The position numbers and the translations under genes were made by a program. A DNA stretch of 64,000 bases, from assembly GCA_013415695.1 (NCBI GenBank), contig JAAEEP010000004.1, positions 2,324 to 66,323 of the forward strand, written 5' to 3'. Numbering within the stretch: position 1 is the first letter of the stretch; each line of letters opens with the position of its first letter. The notes beneath the pieces are model-generated. The model searched no databases, was not told the DNA's origin, and was given only the letters and a program-made list of their open reading frames with translations. The DNA is from Methanomassiliicoccales archaeon (GTDB taxonomy: Archaea; Thermoplasmatota; Thermoplasmata; Methanomassiliicoccales; JAAEEP01). This document shows positions 37,806-47,078 of this stretch, piece after piece.

Positions 37806-39070
37806 GACTGAGGGTGATGCCAGGAGATGTTGAAGGGGCTATTCCAGCCTCGCCTTCCAAGAGCTATTCCCACCGGGTCATGATCCTAGCGATGATGGCA
37901 CACGGGACCTCGGTTCTGAAAAGGGTGCTCCTCAGTGACGACACTCTTTCCACTCTTAACGCGGTGAGACAGTTCGGGGCCAAGGTCCTGGTGAAGGGAG
38001 ATACCTGCCGGATCAAGGGGGGTCACATGGAATGCCCAGATGACCCTGTGGACGCGGGCAACTCGGGAACCACTATACGGCTGCTCACAGGCGTGGCGTC
38101 ACTCCTGCCCTGCACCACAGTGCTCACTGGAGACAGCAGCATCCGGAGAAGGCCCATGGGCCCTCTTATCGATGCGCTACAGGAGATGGGGGTGACCTGC
38201 ATCCCGACTCAGGCTGAAGGTAGGGCCCCCCTGATGGTCAGGGGACCCAACTACGGGAGGCGGGCTCACATCAGAGGAGACGTCAGCTCCCAGTTCATAT
38301 CCTCTCTTCTGATATGCTCCCCACTTAAGGATGTGGACACCGAGATAGTGCTCACTTCTCCTTTGATCTCGTCCCCATACGTGGACATCACCGTGGAGCT
38401 GATGGAGCAGTTCGGAGGTGAAGTTGAGATCACCGAAGAGGGTTTCAAAGTGTCGGGTGGTCAAATATACATGCCAGCGACTTTAGAGGTTCCCGGGGAT
38501 TTCTCCTCAGCGGCCTTTCCCCTGGTCACCGCAGCGCTGCGGGGAAGGGTAACGGTCACCGGATTGACCGAGAAGACCAAGCAGGGAGACAAGGCCATCC
38601 TGGACATCCTGGAGAGCTTTGGCGCCATAGTGAAGCGAAGGGAGAGGGAGATCGAGGTCTGCCCCTCAGACCTGCATGGTCAGGAAGTTGACCTTTCGAG
38701 CTGTCCGGATCTGTTCCCCGTTGTTGCGGTTCTCGCAGCTTGTTCAACAGGAAGGTCAGTACTTTGCAACGCAAGCCATCTTCGTCACAAGGAAAGTGAC
38801 AGAATCCGTACAACTGTTGATATGCTTAGGAAGATGGGAGCAAAGGTTGAAGAGCGAGAAGATGGTTGCATCGTGGAAGGTCCTAACAGGCTTAGGGGGG
38901 CCATCATCGACCCTCACGGTGACCACAGAATATTGATGGCTGCCTCGGTAGCGGCCCTGGTTGCCGAGGGAGAGACCATCATCGGAGATGGCGACTGCTA
39001 TGCTGTCTCCTACCCCAGCTTCGTTCAGGACATGGTCACGCTCGGGGCGAGGATCGAGGTGATGGAATGA
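37802..39070 (+). CDS. aroA: 3-phosphoshikimate 1-carboxyvinyltransferase (EPSP synthase)
   Basis: 422 aa with PSKSYSHR, GNSGTTIRLL and a two-domain repeat architecture. It uses a TTG start that overlaps the aroK stop. Confidence 0.93.
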   Translation: MRLRVMPGDVEGAIPASPSKSYSHRVMILAMMAHGTSVLKRVLLSDDTLSTLNAVRQFGAKVLVKGDTCRIKGGHMECPDDPVDAGNSGTTIRLLTGVASLLPCTTVLTGDSSIRRRPMGPLIDALQEMGVTCIPTQAEGRAPLMVRGPNYGRRAHIRGDVSSQFISSLLICSPLKDVDTEIVLTSPLISSPYVDITVELMEQFGGEVEITEEGFKVSGGQIYMPATLEVPGDFSSAAFPLVTAALRGRVTVTGLTEKTKQGDKAILDILESFGAIVKRREREIEVCPSDLHGQEVDLSSCPDLFPVVAVLAACSTGRSVLCNASHLRHKESDRIRTTVDMLRKMGAKVEEREDGCIVEGPNRLRGAIIDPHGDHRILMAASVAALVAEGETIIGDGDCYAVSYPSFVQDMVTLGARIEVME

Positions 39071-40143
39071 ACACCATCGGAACCGCATTCAGGATAACCC
39101 TTTTCGGGAGCAGTCACGGGCCAGCAGTGGGCTGCACGGTAGACGGATGTCCACCAGGGATCCAGATCCAGAGGGAGGACATGGAGAGCGACCTCTCACT
39201 GCGAAGGCCAGAGCCTGGTATAGGCACGGCGAGAAGGGAGGAGGATACCATTAGCATCATTTCTGGGGTGGTCGACTCTGTGAGCACTGGCACACCCATC
39301 ACCATTACAATCGCCAATCGAGACGTGGACAGCTCGAAGTATATCAAATTCAAGAGGATTCCCAGACCAGGTCACGCTGATTTCCCAGCGATCATGAGGT
39401 ACGGGGAAGCGCACGACATCAGGGGCGGTGGACAATTCTCGGGAAGGATGACAGCCCCTCTGGTGGTGGCAGGGACCGTTGCCAAGGCTCTCCTATCGAC
39501 TTTAGCGATCGAAGTGGCAGCTTATACCCAATCTATAGGGAAAGTGGTGGACGATGATGCCCACGACTTTCAGCATGTCCTGGAAGAGAGTCGACGGAAC
39601 TCGATAAGAGCTGCTTCGGCAGAGATGGCCGAATTGATGAGGGATGAGATCCTCTCCGCCGCGGAGGACGACGACAGCGTGGGTGGCTCCATCCAGTGTC
39701 AATGCGATGGCCTGCCCGTGGGAGTGGGCGAGCCCTTCTTCGACACATTGGAGGGAGAGATATCGAAGATGCTGTTCTCCATTCCGGGCGTGAGGGGAGT
39801 GGAGTTCGGATCTGGCTTCCGGGCGACAATAATGAGGGGTTCGGAGCACAACGACCCATACGCGGTCCTCGAGGGGCAGGTAATCACGGTGACCAACCAT
39901 CATGGAGGGGTACTGGGTGGACTGTCCACCGGAATGCCGCTCATGATCAGGGTGGCTTTCAAGCCCACTGCCTCAATAGCCAAGGAGCAAAACAGCGTTG
40001 ACCTGACTACCATGAGGGAAACCAGTCTTAGGATTGAGGGAAGGCATGATCCATGCATTGTTCCAAGAGCCGTGGTGGTTGTCGAGGCTGTCGTGGCCAT
40101 TGTACTCGCTGACCTATGCTTGAGGGGTGGTTTCATTGGATGA
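39067..40143 (+). CDS. aroC: chorismate synthase
   Basis: 358 aa with FGSSHGPAVGCTVDGCPPG, RPGHAD and GRHDPC. Confidence 0.95.
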   Translation: MNTIGTAFRITLFGSSHGPAVGCTVDGCPPGIQIQREDMESDLSLRRPEPGIGTARREEDTISIISGVVDSVSTGTPITITIANRDVDSSKYIKFKRIPRPGHADFPAIMRYGEAHDIRGGGQFSGRMTAPLVVAGTVAKALLSTLAIEVAAYTQSIGKVVDDDAHDFQHVLEESRRNSIRAASAEMAELMRDEILSAAEDDDSVGGSIQCQCDGLPVGVGEPFFDTLEGEISKMLFSIPGVRGVEFGSGFRATIMRGSEHNDPYAVLEGQVITVTNHHGGVLGGLSTGMPLMIRVAFKPTASIAKEQNSVDLTTMRETSLRIEGRHDPCIVPRAVVVVEAVVAIVLADLCLRGGFIG

Positions 40144-41212
40144 GCTATCCTTGCTCAGGGAAAGGATAGCATCTGCCGATCGCAAGATCATGGAGATCAT
40201 GGCCAGGAGGGAGGAGATAGCCCGTGCGATCGGTCATTACAAACTCTCAAATAATATTCCCATTAGGAACCTGGAGGTCGAGGAGAAGGTTGTGGAGAGA
40301 TACCTAGACCTTGCCAGAGGGCTAGGGATAGGAGAGAGAACCGCGGTGGATCTTGCCCGGGTGACCATCAAAGATGCCGTTGAGGTTCAGAGCCAGATCA
40401 TGAAACCTTCAGAGTCCAAAAGCATCCTGGTGGTAGGCGGTGCCGGAAAGATGGGCACCTGGCTGAGCAGTTATTTCCATTCAAGAGGACACGAGGTCAT
40501 GGTCCTCGACCCAGATGGAAAGACCGATTTCGATAGGGCACCCTCGCTCCAGGAGGGCATCGATAAATCCGATGTGATAGTGGTGGCTACCCCAATGTCA
40601 AAGATGGCGGAGGTCCTGCTGGAGATCTTTGAGCTTCAGCCCCAAGGGGTGATCTTCGACATAGCCTCCATCAAATCACCTATTATTCCTTTGCTAAGGG
40701 AATCAGCATCCCAGGGAATCAAGGTGTGTAGCGTTCACCCTATGTTCGGTCCCGATGCGGTTTCGCTCTATGACCGGAATGTGCTCGTATGCGATTGCGG
40801 CTCACGTGAGGCCGTCATTGTGGGAAAGGAACTATTCGAGGGGACGGGAGCCCTGATGCTGGAGGTCGAGGTTGAAAGGCACGACGAGTTGATGTCGTTC
40901 GTTCTCGGGTTGAGTCACGCGGTGAGCCTGGCCTTCTTCAAGGCACTGGCCGGATCTGGTTTCGATCACCAGACTCTGGAAAGGGCTGCGTCTACCACAT
41001 TCAGGAAGCAGATGGATACCTCCAGGGACGTGGCGTTCGAGAACCCTGAGCTCTATTTCGACATACAGAATCGGAATCCCCATGCAAGCAGGGCGCTTGA
41101 ACTCCTTGGTGATGCCGTGGACAGGATAATGGAATCAGCGGTTGATGGAGACAGGGAATCATTCATCAAGATCATGGAAGATGGAAGGGTATACTTCGGA
41201 GGGATTGAGTGA
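40127..41212 (+). CDS. tyrA: bifunctional chorismate mutase (AroQ) / prephenate dehydrogenase (TyrA)
   Basis: 361 aa. The N-terminal ~85 aa form a helical AroQ-like CM domain (LSLLRERIASADRKIMEIMARREEIA). The NAD fold ILVVGGAGKMG and a PDH domain follow. Confidence 0.85.
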   Translation: MVSLDELSLLRERIASADRKIMEIMARREEIARAIGHYKLSNNIPIRNLEVEEKVVERYLDLARGLGIGERTAVDLARVTIKDAVEVQSQIMKPSESKSILVVGGAGKMGTWLSSYFHSRGHEVMVLDPDGKTDFDRAPSLQEGIDKSDVIVVATPMSKMAEVLLEIFELQPQGVIFDIASIKSPIIPLLRESASQGIKVCSVHPMFGPDAVSLYDRNVLVCDCGSREAVIVGKELFEGTGALMLEVEVERHDELMSFVLGLSHAVSLAFFKALAGSGFDHQTLERAASTTFRKQMDTSRDVAFENPELYFDIQNRNPHASRALELLGDAVDRIMESAVDGDRESFIKIMEDGRVYFGGIE

Positions 41213-42273
41213 GTAATGTGCAAGTTGCAGTTCTAGGTGCGACCGGAATGATCGGTCAGAGATTCATACAGCTCCTGGAAGGGCACCCGTTCTTCGAGAT
41301 CAACGGGCTCTATGCCTCAGAGAGATCGGATGGAAAGAGGGTCTCCCAGGTGCTCAAGGTAAAGGACTACGAGTTCGATCAAGAAACACTGAACACGGAG
41401 ATCAAGCAGATAGATATCAAGAAGATCGCTGGATCCTGCCGGATCGCCTTCTCCGGACTTCCAGCGGAAATCGCCAAGGACATTGAGCATGACCTCGCCG
41501 AAGAGGGCGTAGCGGTCTTCTCCAACGCATCCTCCCACCGCATGAGGGATGATGTGCCCCTGCTGATACCTGAGGTCAACCCTGACCATCTTGAGGTGGT
41601 ACGCTACCAGGGGACATACGACAACGGAGGTTTCATTGTCACCAACGCGAACTGCTCCACCACGGGCATCGCACTTCCGCTAAAGGCATTGCACGATGCC
41701 TTCGGCCTGAGGTTGGTTTGCGTCTCAACTTACCAGGCCCTATCGGGTGCGGGATATCCAGGAGTTCCATCGCTAGACATTATCGGGAATGTCCTACCGT
41801 ACATCAAGAGCGAGGAAGAGAAGATGGAGATGGAGATCCTTAAGATGCTGGGCACTCTTGAGGATGAAAAAGTGCGATTCGCCGAATTCGACATGCTGGC
41901 CAACTGTGCCAGGGTCCCGGTCATAGATGGCCACCTGGAATCGCTGACCATGACCTTCGAGAAAGATCCAGAGGTAGCGGAGGTCGCCTCCGCGCTTTCC
42001 GAGTTCAGGGCGGAGCCCCAGCACCTTGAGCTGCCTACTGCTCCCATAGACCCCATCATAGTCCGTGACGAGCCGGATCGCCCGCAGCCGGTCCTTGACG
42101 CTTTCGCGGGGGAACCCAAGAGAGCGAGAGGAATGGCGGTAACCGTGGGACGATTGCGTAAGAAAGATATGTATTTCAAGGCATTCGCACTTTCTCACAA
42201 CACCCTTAGAGGCGGAGCAGGAGGTTCGATCCTCAATGCGGAGCTCGCCGTTGAGAAGGGTTACCTGAGGTGA
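41209..42273 (+). CDS. asd: aspartate-semialdehyde dehydrogenase
   Basis: 354 aa with VAVLGATGMIGQ and active-site NCSTTG. The C-terminus reads HNTLRGGAGGS. Confidence 0.93.
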   Translation: MSNVQVAVLGATGMIGQRFIQLLEGHPFFEINGLYASERSDGKRVSQVLKVKDYEFDQETLNTEIKQIDIKKIAGSCRIAFSGLPAEIAKDIEHDLAEEGVAVFSNASSHRMRDDVPLLIPEVNPDHLEVVRYQGTYDNGGFIVTNANCSTTGIALPLKALHDAFGLRLVCVSTYQALSGAGYPGVPSLDIIGNVLPYIKSEEEKMEMEILKMLGTLEDEKVRFAEFDMLANCARVPVIDGHLESLTMTFEKDPEVAEVASALSEFRAEPQHLELPTAPIDPIIVRDEPDRPQPVLDAFAGEPKRARGMAVTVGRLRKKDMYFKAFALSHNTLRGGAGGSILNAELAVEKGYLR

Positions 42274-42277
42274 TTGA

Positions 42278-43444
42278 TTGAAGACCTACCAGGAGATCAA
42301 CGAGAGGATCGAAAGGGGGGAAGCCGTGGTCATGACCGCTGAGGAGGTCATCGACCTGGTCGAGTCCCGGGGCGCCAAGGAGGCAGCGAAGGAAGTCGAT
42401 GTTGTTACCACCGGAACCTTTGGCGCTATGTGTTCATCGGGCGCGTTCCTCAACTTCGGCCACTCTGAACCTCCGATCAAGATGCAGAAGGTCTGGTTGA
42501 ACGGTGTGCCTGCCTACACAGGCGTGGCGGCCGTTGACGCCTACATTGGGGCTACGGAGCTCAAGGAAGAGGACAACATGCATTACGGCGGGGCTCACGT
42601 GATCGAGGATCTGATCTCCGGCGAGGTCTTGAGCTTGAAGGCCACCTCCTATGGCACCGATTGCTACCCGAGGAGAGAGATCGAGACCTCGATCACTTTG
42701 GACATGATGAACCAGGCCTACCTGTTCAATCCCAGGAACGCTTACCAGAACTATGCGGTGGCAACGAACTCCACCGACCGCATCCTCTTCACATACATGG
42801 GAAAGCTACTTCCCAACTACGGCAACGCGACATTCAGCAGCGCCGGGCAATTGTCTCCTCTGATGAACGATCCCAAATGCCGCACGATAGGGATAGGAAC
42901 CAGGATATTCTTGGGAGGTGGTGTTGGCTACGTGAGCTGGGAGGGTACCCAGTTCTCAACCACCGCACCTGTGAAGAACGGTGTGCCAACCAGACCATCG
43001 AGGTCGATCGCGGTCATAGGTGATCTCAAGAAGATGAGCACCGAGTACATCAGGGCGCTGACGCTCCACGGATACGGCATATCACTAGCGGTGGGTCTTG
43101 GGGTTCCCATTCCAATACTTGACGAGGAGATGATGGAATCGGTGGCCATCAGAGACGAGGACATATTCGCTCCAGTCTTCGATTACTCCGTCCAGTCTAG
43201 GAGCAGGAAGGTTCTGACGGAGGTTTCATACGCCGAACTAAGGAGCGGTCACATCGAGCTTTTCGGCAAGGATGTGAAGACCTCCTCACTATCCAGCTAC
43301 TACAAGGCAAGGCAGATTGCGAACGAGTTGAAGAAGAGTATCGAGAAGGGGACATTCTTGCTCTCGGAACCCGTGCAGGCCCTGCCCTCGGAGAAGAGTT
43401 CAAAGCCTCTTGAGATCCGGTCCAAAGAGGGGGTGAAGATATGA
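42278..43444 (+). CDS. homocysteine biosynthesis protein, COG1900/DUF39 family (L-aspartate-semialdehyde sulfurtransferase-type), without CBS domains
   Basis: 388 aa. The N-terminus MKTYQEINERIERGEAVVMTAEE and overall length match a stand-alone DUF39 domain. It is followed by the cognate NIL-ferredoxin gene. Confidence 0.75.
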   Translation: MKTYQEINERIERGEAVVMTAEEVIDLVESRGAKEAAKEVDVVTTGTFGAMCSSGAFLNFGHSEPPIKMQKVWLNGVPAYTGVAAVDAYIGATELKEEDNMHYGGAHVIEDLISGEVLSLKATSYGTDCYPRREIETSITLDMMNQAYLFNPRNAYQNYAVATNSTDRILFTYMGKLLPNYGNATFSSAGQLSPLMNDPKCRTIGIGTRIFLGGGVGYVSWEGTQFSTTAPVKNGVPTRPSRSIAVIGDLKKMSTEYIRALTLHGYGISLAVGLGVPIPILDEEMMESVAIRDEDIFAPVFDYSVQSRSRKVLTEVSYAELRSGHIELFGKDVKTSSLSSYYKARQIANELKKSIEKGTFLLSEPVQALPSEKSSKPLEIRSKEGVKI

Positions 43445-43848
43445 CCAAGCGCAAGTTCCTGATGAGCTTCACCCCTTCCATAGTGAACGAGCCCATCACC
43501 TTCAGGATGGTGAAGGACTTCGATCTGATGCTTAACATCCTGAGGGCGGGAGTGGACGAACGCGGCGGCAAGCTGGTTATAGAGATCGAGGGCAAGCCCT
43601 CCCAGATAAAGAAGGGAGTAGGCTATCTCGAGTCATCTGGCGTTGAGGTGAAGGAACTCAACGAGTACGTGAGCAAGGATGAGGATAGGTGCACGAGCTG
43701 TGGGGCATGCATCTCCATTTGTCCGGCCGAGGCATTCGAGATGTTGAAGGAGACTTACAAGGTAGAGTTCCACAAGGATCGCTGCATCGCCTGCGGCCTT
43801 TGCATCGATGTCTGCTCCCCCAACGCTATGAAGCTCGAGATCTGGTGA
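43441..43848 (+). CDS. NIL-domain + 2x[4Fe-4S] ferredoxin protein (partner of COG1900 protein)
   Basis: 135 aa. An N-terminal NIL-like beta-alpha domain is followed by CTSCGACISICP and CIACGLCIDVCSP. Confidence 0.8.
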   Translation: MTKRKFLMSFTPSIVNEPITFRMVKDFDLMLNILRAGVDERGGKLVIEIEGKPSQIKKGVGYLESSGVEVKELNEYVSKDEDRCTSCGACISICPAEAFEMLKETYKVEFHKDRCIACGLCIDVCSPNAMKLEIW

Positions 43849-43849
43849 G

Positions 43850-44584
43850 ATGCTGGAGAGGACGCACTTCGAGATCGGCGAGACTGCCGTTACCATCCTG
43901 GCTGAAAAAGAGTATCTTCCTTTGGCACAGCAGAGTATTTTCGATACCAGAGAGATCATTCTGCGCAAGATACGTCGCGACCCTCTGTTCGGGAATACAC
44001 TCGAACCCTACGAATCCAATGAAGACGAACACCCCCTTATACGAAGGATGGGCGACGCATCCGCGAAGGCAGGAGTGGGGCCCATGGCTACAGTTGCCGG
44101 AGCCGTGGCACAAGAGGCTGTCGAAGCCATGTTCCGCGCTGGGGCAAAGACGGCAGTTGTGGATAATGGTGGGGACATCGCCATGGTGCTGGGACAGGAA
44201 TTGATGGTCGGCATCTACAGTGGTGATCGCTTCACAAACCTCGGTTTCAAATGCGTTCCCAGAGATTGTCCCTATGGGATATGCAGCTCATCAAGGACTT
44301 TGGGGCCCTCCATATCTTTCGGAAAGGCGGATCTCGCTACCGTGATGAGCAAGAATGTGCTTCTCGCAGATGCATGTGCCACTGCCCTTGGTAACTGGGT
44401 GGAAGAGTGTTCAGATGAGGCGCTAAGAAAGGCTTTGGATAGGGTCTGCACCATCAGCGGTGTGGAGGGGGCCCTCATCATTGCTGGTGAGCATTTGGCC
44501 ATGAAAGGATCCCTTCCCCAGTTGGTCAGAGTGGAAAGCGGGGAGCACCTGATTACCAGAAAGGTGCTCAACGTGGATGAGTAA
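43850..44584 (+). CDS. UPF0280 / COG2122 ApbE-like protein
   Basis: 244 aa with GPMATVAGAVAQEAVEAM and VVDNGGDIAM blocks typical of the UPF0280 family. It starts 1 nt downstream of the NIL-ferredoxin gene. Confidence 0.65.
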   Translation: MLERTHFEIGETAVTILAEKEYLPLAQQSIFDTREIILRKIRRDPLFGNTLEPYESNEDEHPLIRRMGDASAKAGVGPMATVAGAVAQEAVEAMFRAGAKTAVVDNGGDIAMVLGQELMVGIYSGDRFTNLGFKCVPRDCPYGICSSSRTLGPSISFGKADLATVMSKNVLLADACATALGNWVEECSDEALRKALDRVCTISGVEGALIIAGEHLAMKGSLPQLVRVESGEHLITRKVLNVDE

Positions 44585-45095
44585 TAGTCACTGAGCTCAC
44601 CTCGTTTGATGTTTGAGATTGACATTTCCGCTTGGCTCGAGGAAGGGTCATTCAAGAAGTTCAATGTGGAAATTCCAAGTATACCCATCGAGATGATGGC
44701 CGATAATCACCTTTCCGCACATACACTGATCTTATGGACTTATTTCAAGAATATGATATATTAAAGGAAATTTCTTATTTCAATTTCGAATCAACCCGTG
44801 ATCGACATGTTCAAGTGTTCATTTTATGCAAGCGAGCTAGACATTGCATCAATTATAAGGAATACGAGGAGGAGATACCAGTGGATCTCGTACAGATAGG
44901 TCCACCCCTGATAGCATTAGCATGGCTCGACAGTAATCGACTCGATTGATTTCGAACGAATTGCCCGATCGATTCGACCGAACGACCTAGATCAGATACT
45001 GCCAAGAATAAATGTGAGAGCCATATGAATTTCCCAGCGATATGCCTGGGATCTACAGAATGTTCAGAAGAGCAGGACTCACCAGATGTTCTGTC

Positions 45096-45146
45096 CATAC
45101 ATATATAAATATATATTAGCTGTTTGGGAGCACATCCACAGGTGAG
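45096..45146 (+). promoter_or_regulatory. putative his-operon promoter (TATA-rich tract) and RBS
   Basis: CATACATATATAAATATATATTA lies at 45096-45118, 32-54 nt upstream of the hisG ATG (45150). GGTGAG lies at 45141-45146. Confidence 0.45.
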
Positions 45147-45149
45147 CAG

Positions 45150-46013
45150 ATGACCATAAGAATGGCCGTGCCGAACAAGGGAAGGCTCAGCGACCGATCC
45201 ATCGAGATCCTCAAGAGAGCTGGGCTGGACATCCAAAACGGTGGCGAGAGGAAGCTTTACGCACCCGTGAAGAACATGGACTTCGAGATCATGTTCCTCA
45301 GGGCTCAGGATATCGTTCGCTTCGTCCATACCGGCGCGGTTGACCTTGGCATCACCGGAAAAGATCTGGTGATGGAATCCGGCCTAGACATGGAGATCAT
45401 CCAGACCCTCAACTATGGATATTGCAGGCTGTCCGTCGCCTCCCCGGAAGGATCTGGTATAGATTCTGTTGATGACGTGCCTAGCGGGACTGTGGTAGCG
45501 ACCTCGTTCCCTAAGATGACGAACGAATTCTTCGAATCCAAAGGGAAGAAGGTGAAGATCACAGCGGTCTCTGGAGCGGCCGAGGTCACCCCGAGAATCG
45601 GGGTGGCGGACATCATTGTCGATCTCGTCAGTAGTGGTTCCACTCTCAAGGGTAATAGGCTCAAAGAAATCGGCACCATTCTGGAATCATGGGCAGTCGT
45701 GGTCGCAAACAAGGAGAGCCTGAAGGCCAAGGAAGAGGAGATAAGGGAACTCACAGAGGCCATCAAGAGCGTGACGGACGCCGAGGGGAAGAAATACCTG
45801 ATGGCTGACGTGCCAAAAGAGGCTCTCGAGGAGATCAAATCCTTCCTTCCAGGCATAGCTGGACCGACGGTAATGAATATCATGGGTAGAGATGACTGCG
45901 TGGCCATCCATGTGGTCGTGGACAAGGACAAGGTCTACGAATCCGTCACCAGGCTCAAGAAGCTGGGGGCCTCGGGCATCCTTATAATGCCCATTGACCG
46001 CATGGTCCCCTAG
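45150..46013 (+). CDS. hisG: ATP phosphoribosyltransferase (long form)
   Basis: 287 aa with MTIRMAVPNKGRLS, DLGITGKD and a C-terminal regulatory domain. Confidence 0.93.
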   Translation: MTIRMAVPNKGRLSDRSIEILKRAGLDIQNGGERKLYAPVKNMDFEIMFLRAQDIVRFVHTGAVDLGITGKDLVMESGLDMEIIQTLNYGYCRLSVASPEGSGIDSVDDVPSGTVVATSFPKMTNEFFESKGKKVKITAVSGAAEVTPRIGVADIIVDLVSSGSTLKGNRLKEIGTILESWAVVVANKESLKAKEEEIRELTEAIKSVTDAEGKKYLMADVPKEALEEIKSFLPGIAGPTVMNIMGRDDCVAIHVVVDKDKVYESVTRLKKLGASGILIMPIDRMVP

Positions 46014-46016
46014 GGG

Positions 46017-47078
46017 GTGAGAAGGTTGCCCGAGAGATGGATGAGGTCGACCCTCAAGGATATTAAGCAGTACTACAACCCCAAGTACCAGAATGTGGTC
46101 AGAATGGATACCAGCGTGAATGTGCTGGGGCCGAATCCTGTGGCCGCCAAGGTGCTTGAGGAAAGCCTCAATATGGACATCAACCAGTACCCGAAACCAT
46201 ACTCAGATGACCTTCGGAAGGAGCTGGCCCAGTTCTATGACGTCAGACCGGATATGGTGATAGTTGGAAACGGTTCAGATGAGGTGCTTGATGTCATCTT
46301 CAAATCATTCCTGGAGTGGGGAGAAGGGGTGGTGACTCCATATCCTTCGTACGCCCTGCATTCCTGGTTCGTCAAGGTGAACGGTGGACGGGTCGAGGAG
46401 GTAGACCTTTCACCGAATTTCCAGCTGATCACCGATGATATACTTACCGCCTCTGGGAAAGTGGCCATCCTATGCACCCCGAATAACCCTACGGCCAACA
46501 CCTTCCGCCGAAAGGATGTTGAGCGAGTCGTCACCGAGTTTGACGGCCCCGTGGTGGTGGACGAAGCCTATGGGGAATTCGCCCGCGAGTCATTCATCCC
46601 ATTGGTCAGTAAGTACGACAACCTAATCGTGACCAGGACCTTCTCAAAGGCGTATGGAATGGCAGGGATGAGGGTCGGATACCTGATCGCCAGCGAGGAA
46701 CTTACAGACATCATGAACAGGGTGAAGATCCCCTACTCGCTCAACAGGGTCAGCGAGAGAATGGCCATCGCAGCGCTCAGGGAACGAGAGTATGTTGACC
46801 GCATCGTAGGGACTGTCAACGAGCAGAGGCCCAAACTGGCCTCATCCCTTACTATGATGGGTTTCGAAGTCTTCCCTTCGGAGACCAACTTCATGCTGGC
46901 TCGATCTCCGATCTCATCCAGCAAGCTCACGAGCGATTTAGCCGAAAGGGGAGTGCTGATAAGGGACTTCGGGTCAAAACGAATGCTGGAAGACTGCATT
47001 AGAACAACCATTGGAACTCAGGAGCTGAACGAATTACTTGTCGAGAAGATAGAGGAGGTACTTTCCCGATGCCAGTGA
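46017..47078 (+). CDS. hisC: histidinol-phosphate aminotransferase
   Basis: 353 aa with PNNPTAN and the PLP-lysine motif TFSKAYGMAGMRVGY. Operon context supports the call. The start may be the internal Met at 46041. Confidence 0.9.
   Translation: MRRLPERWMRSTLKDIKQYYNPKYQNVVRMDTSVNVLGPNPVAAKVLEESLNMDINQYPKPYSDDLRKELAQFYDVRPDMVIVGNGSDEVLDVIFKSFLEWGEGVVTPYPSYALHSWFVKVNGGRVEEVDLSPNFQLITDDILTASGKVAILCTPNNPTANTFRRKDVERVVTEFDGPVVVDEAYGEFARESFIPLVSKYDNLIVTRTFSKAYGMAGMRVGYLIASEELTDIMNRVKIPYSLNRVSERMAIAALREREYVDRIVGTVNEQRPKLASSLTMMGFEVFPSETNFMLARSPISSSKLTSDLAERGVLIRDFGSKRMLEDCIRTTIGTQELNELLVEKIEEVLSRCQ

Noticed and set aside
44780-44800. TTCGAATC (T-loop-like) sequence suggesting a tRNA. A similar GGGGTCGATTCTCCCC occurs near 26237.
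   Set aside because: The flanks cannot form acceptor, D or anticodon stems. They are A/T-rich and lack a complementary 5' end. No tRNA could be built by hand at either site.
44734-44949. A 71-aa plus-strand ORF in the long aro/his spacer.
   Set aside because: The first half is A/T-rich and there is no RBS or TATA at a suitable distance. It has no motif and is more likely non-coding. The region itself is kept as a finding.
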